21,272 bases of DNA from a virus. Lineage: Duplodnaviria > Heunggongvirae > Uroviricota > Caudoviricetes. The translations under genes and the position numbers were made by a program. A model generated the notes under the pieces. That model saw nothing but the letters and a program-made list of their open reading frames with translations, was not told the origin of the DNA and did not search any database. Location of the stretch: positions 1-21,272 of the IMG/VR virus record IMGVR_UViG_2778261501_000004; one strand, given 5' to 3'. This document shows positions 16,336 through 21,272 of this stretch, piece after piece; the stretch's first letter is position 1; each line of letters starts with the position of its first letter.

Positions 16336-16538
16336 TGAAGACCTTTGCGCTACAGGGCGACACGCTCGACGCCATTTGTGTCCGGTATTACGGGCGCACT
16401 GAGGGCGTGGTTGAGACCGTGCTCGCCGCAAATCCGGGACTGGCTGAACTGGGTGCGGTGCTGCCACACGGCACCGCCGTCGAACTGCCCGACGTTCAGA
16501 CCGCGCCCGTGGCTGAAACTGTCAATCTGTGGGAGTAA
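16335..16538 (+). CDS. X: Tail protein X (LysM-like).
   Basis: 67 aa from the ATG at 16335, overlapping the L stop (TGATG), the same as P2 gpX. Confidence 0.8.
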   Translation: MKTFALQGDTLDAICVRYYGRTEGVVETVLAANPGLAELGAVLPHGTAVELPDVQTAPVAETVNLWE

Positions 16539-16541
16539 CGC

Positions 16542-16823
16542 ATGACAGCAGAAGAAAAAAGCGTCCTGTCGCTTTTCATGATTGGGGTGCTGATTGTTGT
16601 CGGCAAGGTGCTTGCCGGTGGTGAACCCATCACCCCGCGTCTGTTTATCGGGCGCATGTTGCTCGGTGGTTTTGTCTCGATGGTTGCCGGTGTTGTTCTG
16701 GTGCAGTTTCCTGACCTGTCACTGCCTGCGGTGTGCGGCATCGGCTCCATGCTGGGTATCGCCGGTTATCAGGTGATTGAGATTGCCATTCAGCGCCGCT
16801 TTAAGGGCAGGGGGAAACAGTAA
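16542..16823 (+). CDS. Y: Holin Y.
   Basis: 93 aa with hydrophobic transmembrane segments and a charged C-terminus (RRFKGRGKQ). The same size as P2 gpY. Confidence 0.85.
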   Translation: MTAEEKSVLSLFMIGVLIVVGKVLAGGEPITPRLFIGRMLLGGFVSMVAGVVLVQFPDLSLPAVCGIGSMLGIAGYQVIEIAIQRRFKGRGKQ

Positions 16824-17320
16824 TGCCGGTAATTAACACGCATCAGAATATCGCCGCCTTTCTCGACATGCTGGCAGTGTCCGAAGGGACGGCGAATCAT
16901 CCGCTGACGAAAAACCGGGGCTATGACGTGATAGTCACCGGACTGGACGGAAAGCCGGAAATTTTCACCGACTACAGTGACCACCCGTTCGCGCATGGCC
17001 GACCGGCGAAGGTGTTTAACCGTCGCGGTGAAAAATCCACGGCCTCCGGTCGCTATCAGCAGCTTTACCTGTTCTGGCCGCATTACCGCAAACAGCTTGC
17101 CCTGCCGGATTTCAGTCCGTTGTCACAGGACAGACTCGCCATTCAGTTGATCCGCGAACGCGGTGCACTGGATGACATCCGGGCGGGACGCATTGAGCAC
17201 GCCATTTCACGCTGTCGCAATATCTGGGCGTCCCTGCCGGGAGCCGGTTACGGTCAGCGTGAGCATTCACTGGAAAAACTGGTCACCGTCTGGCGTACCG
17301 CCGGCGGCGTACCGGCTTAA
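16823..17320 (+). CDS. K: Endolysin (lysozyme) K.
   Basis: 165 aa, as P2 gpK. TAATG overlap with the holin gene. MLAVSEGT lysozyme-like N-terminus. Confidence 0.9.
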   Translation: MPVINTHQNIAAFLDMLAVSEGTANHPLTKNRGYDVIVTGLDGKPEIFTDYSDHPFAHGRPAKVFNRRGEKSTASGRYQQLYLFWPHYRKQLALPDFSPLSQDRLAIQLIRERGALDDIRAGRIEHAISRCRNIWASLPGAGYGQREHSLEKLVTVWRTAGGVPA

Positions 17321-17334
17321 ACGGAGTAAACACC

Positions 17335-17760
17335 ATGAAGAAATTATCCCTTTCACTGATGCTGAACGTGTCGCTGGCGCTGATGCTGGCACTGTCCCTG
17401 ATTTACCCGCAGAGCGTGGCCGTCAGTTTTGTCGCCGCCTGGGCGATTCTGGCGACGGTTATCTGTGTGGTTGCCGGTGGTGTCGGCGTGTATGCCACTG
17501 AGTATGTGCTGGAACGCTACGGGCGGGAGCTGCCGCCGGAATCGCTGGCCGTGAAGATTGTCGCGTCGCTGTTTTTGCAGCCGGTGCCGTGGCGCAGACG
17601 GGCGGCGGCTCTGGTGGTGATGGTGGCGACGTTTATCTCGCTGGTCGCTGCCGGGTGGATTTTTACCGCGCTGATTTACCTCGTGGCGTCGGTGTTCTTC
17701 CGGTTGATACGCACGGCCTGTCGTCAGCGTTTTGAGGGGCGGGAACCATGTCAAAGCTGA
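17335..17760 (+). CDS. lysA: Lysis timing protein LysA (membrane protein).
   Basis: 141 aa, very hydrophobic, at the P2 lysA position and size. Confidence 0.8.
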   Translation: MKKLSLSLMLNVSLALMLALSLIYPQSVAVSFVAAWAILATVICVVAGGVGVYATEYVLERYGRELPPESLAVKIVASLFLQPVPWRRRAAALVVMVATFISLVAAGWIFTALIYLVASVFFRLIRTACRQRFEGREPCQS

Positions 17761-18173
17761 TGATTGTGCTGGTTGTGTTGTTATCACTGGCGGTGGCCGG
17801 TCTGTTTCTGGCGAAGCATGAAAACGCCAGCCTGCGCACCTCGCTGGACAGGGCGAACAACGTCGCCAACGGGCAGCAGACGACCATCACCATGCTGAAA
17901 AATCAGCTTCATGTTGCCCTCGCCAGAGCAGACAAAAACGAGCTGGCGCAGGTGGCACTGCGTCAGGAACTGGAGAACGCGGCGAAGCGTGAAGCACAGC
18001 GCGAGAAAACCATCACGAGGTTACTGAATGAAAACGAAGATTTTCGCCGCTGGTACGGCGCTGGCCTGCCTGATGCTGTGCGCCGGTTGCACCAGCGCCC
18101 GGCCTGCACCGACGCCAGTGATTGTCGCCAACGCCTGCCCGAAAGTGAGTCTTTGCCCGATGCCGGGCAGTGA
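17748..18173 (+). CDS. lysB: LysB, an Rz-like inner-membrane spanin.
   Basis: 141 aa with an N-terminal transmembrane segment and a coiled-coil rest. 13-nt overlap with lysA. Confidence 0.8.
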   Translation: MSKLMIVLVVLLSLAVAGLFLAKHENASLRTSLDRANNVANGQQTTITMLKNQLHVALARADKNELAQVALRQELENAAKREAQREKTITRLLNENEDFRRWYGAGLPDAVRRLHQRPACTDASDCRQRLPESESLPDAGQ

Positions 18174-18318
18174 CCCGGAGACGAACGGTGATTTAAGTGC
18201 CGATATCCGGCAGCTTGAGAACGCGCTGGCACGCTGTGCCAGCCAGGTAAAAATGATTAAACACTGTCAGGACGAAAACGATGCTCAAACCCGACAGCCT
18301 GCGCAGGGCGCTGACTGA
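18028..18318 (+). CDS. lysC: LysC, an Rz1-like outer-membrane lipoprotein spanin.
   Basis: 96 aa with signal peptide and lipobox MLCAGC. Embedded out of frame in the 3' end of lysB and overlapping the R start, as in P2. Confidence 0.75.
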   Translation: MKTKIFAAGTALACLMLCAGCTSARPAPTPVIVANACPKVSLCPMPGSDPETNGDLSADIRQLENALARCASQVKMIKHCQDENDAQTRQPAQGAD

Positions 18319-18748
18319 TGCCGTCACGGTGCTGAAAACTAACCCCGATATGCTGCGGATATTCGTGGATAACGGGAGTATTGCCTCCACACTGGCGACG
18401 TCGCTGTCATTCGAAAAGCGTTACACGCTCAATGTCATTGTGACCGACTTTACCGGTGATTTTGACCTGCTCATCGTGCCGGTGCTGGCGTGGCTGCGGG
18501 AAAATCAGCCCGACATCATGACCACCGACGCAGGCCAGAAAAAGGGATTCACGTTTTATGCAGACATCAACAATGACAGCAGCTTTGATATCAGCATCAG
18601 CCTGATGCTGACCGAGCGCACGCTGGTCAGTGAGGTGGACGGCGCACTGCATGTGAAGAATATCCCGGAACCCCCGCCGCCGGAGCCGGTCACCCGCCCG
18701 GTGGAGCTTTATATCAATGGCGAACTGGTGAGCAAGTGGGATGAATGA
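18281..18748 (+). CDS. R: Tail completion protein R.
   Basis: 155 aa, the same as P2 gpR. AGGA Shine-Dalgarno. Confidence 0.85.
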   Translation: MLKPDSLRRALTDAVTVLKTNPDMLRIFVDNGSIASTLATSLSFEKRYTLNVIVTDFTGDFDLLIVPVLAWLRENQPDIMTTDAGQKKGFTFYADINNDSSFDISISLMLTERTLVSEVDGALHVKNIPEPPPPEPVTRPVELYINGELVSKWDE

Positions 18749-19193
18749 GTTTAAGCGTTTTGAAGACCGGCTGACCGGACTGATTGAGTCGCTGTCACCG
18801 TCAGGGCGTCGGCGACTGAGCGCCGAACTGGCAAAACGTCTGCGACAGAGTCAGCAGCGTCGGGTGATGGCTCAGAAAGCCCCGGACGGCACACCCTACG
18901 CGCCACGCCAGCAGCAGAGCGCCAGAAAAAAGACTGGTCGTGTTAAGCGAAAAATGTTTGCGAAACTTATCACCAGTCGTTTTTTGCATATCCGCGCCAG
19001 CCCGGAGCAGGCATCAATGGAATTTTACGGCGGGAAGTCGCCGAAAATCGCCAGTGTGCATCAGTTCGGTCTGTCGGAAGAAAACCGGAAAGACGGTAAG
19101 AAAATTGATTATCCGGCGCGTCCTCTGCTCGGCTTTACCGGTGAGGATGTGCAGATGATTGAAGAGATTATCCTGGCTCACCTCGACCGTTAG
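18741..19193 (+). CDS. S: Tail completion protein S.
   Basis: 150 aa, the same as P2 gpS. 8-nt overlap with R. Confidence 0.85.
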   Translation: MNEFKRFEDRLTGLIESLSPSGRRRLSAELAKRLRQSQQRRVMAQKAPDGTPYAPRQQQSARKKTGRVKRKMFAKLITSRFLHIRASPEQASMEFYGGKSPKIASVHQFGLSEENRKDGKKIDYPARPLLGFTGEDVQMIEEIILAHLDR

Positions 19194-19225
19194 TTGTGCC
19201 ATTCCTGACACCTCATCGTCACATT

Positions 19226-19247
19226 GCCGCCGGTATGACCCGGCGGC
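19226..19247 (+). promoter_or_regulatory. Perfect 8-bp stem hairpin in the S–V intergenic (late promoter PV) region: GCCGCCGG-tatgac-CCGGCGGC.
   Basis: Inverted repeat at 19226–19233 and 19240–19247. No T-tract follows, so it is not a classical intrinsic terminator. Confidence 0.3.
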
Positions 19248-19259
19248 ATCCTTCCCGTT

Positions 19260-19832
19260 ATGAACACTCTCGCAAATATTCAGGAACTCGCGCGCGCACT
19301 GCGTAACATGATCCGCACCGGCATTATCGTCGAAACCGACCTTAACGCCGGTCGCTGCCGTGTGCAGACCGGCGGCATGTGCACCGACTGGCTTCAGTGG
19401 CTGACCCATCGCGCCGGTCGTTCGCGCACATGGTGGGCACCTTCCGTGGGGGAACAGGTGCTGATTCTGGCCGTGGGCGGTGAACTCGACACGGCATTCG
19501 TTCTGCCGGGGATTTATTCCGGCGATAACCACGCGCCGTCTGCGTCGGCGGATGCCCTGCATATCCGTTTCCCTGACGGGGCGGTGATTGAGTATGAACC
19601 CGAAACCAGTGCACTTACGGTAGCGGAGTTCTCCATCAGCCTGGCTACCGGTCGGGCAGATATTTACACGGAAACACCGGTCAAAGTGTCAGGCTTTAAG
19701 CGTGTCATAGACGAGCAGGACTGGACAATCACTAAGGTGACACATTTTCTGAATAATAGCGGCTTCACGACGTCCTTAGAGCTTGAGGTAAGGCTTTCTG
19801 ATGTGGAGTACGAAACCGAAGATGATGAGTGA
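19260..19832 (+). pseudogene. V: Truncated baseplate spike gene V (N-terminal part, about 122 aa) fused in frame to an unrelated 68-aa C-terminal segment, possibly the 3' end of tail gene D. This marks a deletion junction.
   Basis: P2 gpV is 211 aa. Here the gpV-like sequence runs to …YEPETSALTV at about 19620, then diverges. The next gene is ogr, and genes W through D are absent. Confidence 0.65.
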
Positions 19833-19851
19833 TGTGTTTTATTTTATCTGT

Positions 19852-19880
19852 TTGTTTTATAAGGATAAATTAACTAAAAT
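19852..19880 (+). promoter_or_regulatory. Candidate ogr promoter: -35 TTGTTT at 19852–19857, 17-nt spacer, -10 TAAAAT at 19875–19880.
   Basis: AT-rich stretch immediately upstream of ogr with good spacing. Confidence 0.4.
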
Positions 19881-19914
19881 GGCAACATCAACAAAACCGG
19901 AAGAGGTGCTCGCG

Positions 19915-20133
19915 ATGTTTCATTGTCCTTTATGCCAGCATGCCGCACATGCGCGTACAAGCCGCTATATCACTGACACGACAAAAGAGCGTTATCACCA
20001 GTGCCAGAACGTGAATTGCAGCGCCACGTTCATTACTTATGAGTCGGTACAGCGATACATCGTGAAGCCGGGAGAAGTCCACGCCGTGAGGCCGCACCCG
20101 TTGCCGTCAGGGCAGCAAATTATGTGGATGTGA
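19915..20133 (+). CDS. ogr: Late-gene transcriptional activator Ogr (zinc-finger).
   Basis: 72 aa starting MFHCPLCQHAAHARTSRYITDTTKERYHQCQNVNCSATF, with a Cys4 zinc finger, the same as P2 Ogr. AGAGG Shine-Dalgarno. The track's ORF starts upstream at 19801. Confidence 0.85.
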   Translation: MFHCPLCQHAAHARTSRYITDTTKERYHQCQNVNCSATFITYESVQRYIVKPGEVHAVRPHPLPSGQQIMWM

Positions 20134-20143
20134 TCACAAAAAT

Positions 20144-20170
20144 AGCCCCTCAGTTGAGGGGCTTTATTTA
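20144..20170 (+). terminator. Rho-independent terminator after ogr.
   Basis: Stem AGCCCCTC-agtt-GAGGGGCT followed by TTATTTA. Confidence 0.7.
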
Positions 20171-20176
20171 TGGTCG

Positions 20177-20195
20177 ATGTGGACGCTATGTGGAC
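20177..20195 (+). repeat. Tandem direct repeats ATGTGGAC at 20177–20184 and 20188–20195, with a third ATGTGGA at 20122–20128 inside the ogr 3' end. Candidate integrase arm-type sites of the attR arm.
   Basis: Exact 8-mer repeated with 11-bp periodicity right at the prophage right end between ogr and the host gene. Confidence 0.35.
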
Positions 20196-20261
20196 AGTGC
20201 TTGATATAAATCCATTTATATCATCAGGTTAGGTGCTTTTTTGTGACACCATCCCTGTCTT

Positions 20262-20288
20262 CCCCCACATGATGTGGGGGTTTTTTTT
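20262..20288 (+). terminator. Strong rho-independent terminator, probably host-derived (3' end of the gene upstream of fieF) or part of the att core.
   Basis: Stem CCCCCACA-tga-TGTGGGGG followed by T8. Confidence 0.65.
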
Positions 20289-20316
20289 ATCCTCAATTTG
20301 CCTGCTGCTTAATGCA

Positions 20317-20343
20317 TTGCAGATGATTTGCTTCCGTTATACT
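20317..20343 (+). promoter_or_regulatory. Candidate fieF promoter: -35 TTGCAG, short 15-nt spacer, -10 TATACT at 20338–20343.
   Basis: Hexamers upstream of the fieF RBS GGGAG at 20360–20364. Confidence 0.25.
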
Positions 20344-20369
20344 AGCGTCAGTTGATAGCGGGAGTATTT

Positions 20370-21272
20370 ATGAATCAATCTTATGGACGGCTGGTCAGTC
20401 GGGCGGCGATTGCTGCGACGGCGATGGCTTCGTTGCTATTGCTGATTAAAATTTTTGCATGGTGGTATACCGGGTCGGTGAGTATTCTCGCCGCGCTGGT
20501 GGATTCGCTGGTGGATATCGGCGCGTCGTTGACGAATTTACTGGTGGTGCGATATTCCCTGCAACCTGCCGACGATAATCACTCGTTTGGTCACGGTAAA
20601 GCAGAGTCCCTCGCGGCGCTGGCGCAAAGTATGTTTATCTCCGGTTCGGCACTATTCCTGTTTTTGACGGGTATTCAACATCTGATATCTCCAACACCGA
20701 TGACAGATCCAGGCGTCGGGGTTATCGTGACAATTGTGGCGCTAATTTGTACGATTATCCTTGTCTCGTTTCAGCGTTGGGTGGTGCGCCGGACGCAAAG
20801 CCAGGCGGTGCGGGCTGATATGCTACATTACCAGTCTGATGTTATGATGAACGGCGCAATTCTGCTGGCGCTGGGGTTGTCCTGGTACGGCTGGCATCGC
20901 GCCGATGCTCTGTTTGCATTGGGAATCGGCATCTATATTTTATATAGCGCGTTACGCATGGGATATGAGGCGGTACAGTCATTACTGGATCGCGCATTGC
21001 CTGATGAGGAACGGCAAGAAATTATTGATATCGTGACTTCCTGGCCGGGTGTTAGCGGCGCTCACGATCTTCGCACGCGGCAGTCAGGGCCGACCCGCTT
21101 TATTCAGATTCATTTGGAAATGGAAGACTCTCTGCCTTTGGTTCAGGCACATATGGTGGCGGATCAGGTAGAGCAGGCTATTTTACGGCGTTTTCCGGGA
21201 TCGGATGTAATTATCCATCAGGACCCCTGTTCCGTCGTACCCAGGGAGGGTAAACGGTCTATGCTTTCATAA
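20370..21272 (+). CDS. fieF: Cation-diffusion-facilitator family ferrous-iron/zinc efflux transporter FieF (YiiP). Chromosomal gene, complete at 300 aa.
   Basis: Six transmembrane helices plus the C-terminal cytoplasmic domain. Begins [29 protein letters not shown]… like E. coli FieF. The track's ORF starts at the TTG at 20352; the ATG at 20370 has a Shine-Dalgarno. Confidence 0.9.

Larger units (their letters stand above)
1..20200. mobile_element. Defective P2-family prophage. Gene order is int-C-cox-B-A, cargo hotspot, cos, Q-P, then O-N-M-L-X-Y-K-lysA-lysB-lysC-R-S and a truncated V, ending with ogr. The tail and baseplate genes W through D are deleted.
   Basis: Gene order and protein sizes match P2 (A 761 aa, P 590, Q 344, O 284, N 357, L 169, X 67, Y 93, K 165, LysA/B 141, LysC 96, R 155, S 150, Ogr 72). 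The exact P2 cos 19-mer is present. Chromosomal fieF follows. The left att lies beyond position 1. Confidence 0.85.

Noticed and set aside
17353-17893. Minus-strand ORFs of 144 and 76 aa opposite lysA and lysB.
   Set aside because: They are antisense to a conserved lysis cassette, and their His/Arg-rich low-complexity composition is an artefact.
19194-19259. TGT-N12-ACA Ogr box in the PV region.
   Set aside because: Only TGT-N10-ACA spacing is found. I cannot support an Ogr-site call from sequence alone, so only the hairpin is reported.
19014-19614. Minus-strand ORFs of 182 and 90 aa spanning S and V.
   Set aside because: They are antisense to conserved tail-completion and baseplate genes and have no signals.
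1-21272. tRNA or tmRNA gene as the integration target, and CRISPR arrays.
   Set aside because: No cloverleaf-like GC-rich 70–90-nt segment or repeat-spacer array is visible. Integration appears to be intergenic, upstream of fieF.

Overview
This window is almost all of a defective P2-family prophage inserted next to the chromosomal fieF gene. Reading left to right it carries int (− strand), the C repressor (−), the Pc/Pe switch region, cox, a small ORF, replication gene B, four small early ORFs (orf80–83-like, including a TraR/DksA zinc finger), replication gene A with a putative internal ori, and an ASCH/DUF3850 protein. Then comes an AT-rich cargo island at the P2 'tin/old' position next to cos, followed by the 19-nt P2 cos sequence, portal Q and terminase P (both −), and the late genes O, N, M, L, X, holin Y, endolysin K, lysA, lysB, lysC, R and S. 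Gene V is truncated at a deletion junction that removes the rest of the tail and baseplate cluster. After that come ogr, two intrinsic terminators, ATGTGGAC direct repeats in the attR-proximal region, and fieF. Predicted protein sizes match the P2 proteins as I recall them, several exactly.

The most interesting region is the low-GC cargo at 6443–9650. It holds a compact C5-cytosine methyltransferase with its own promoter. Convergent on it is a two-gene operon: a ParB/Srx-N-terminal-domain protein and a 309-aa protein with an Mrr-cat-like PD-(D/E)xK motif (GDGGIDIL…AQC…SK). I read this as a candidate unusual restriction or defence module, either a type II RM system with a two-component restriction part or a split GmrSD-like type IV system sitting beside an orphan methylase. 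All functional calls come from motif reading and memory of P2 biology; no database searches were possible.
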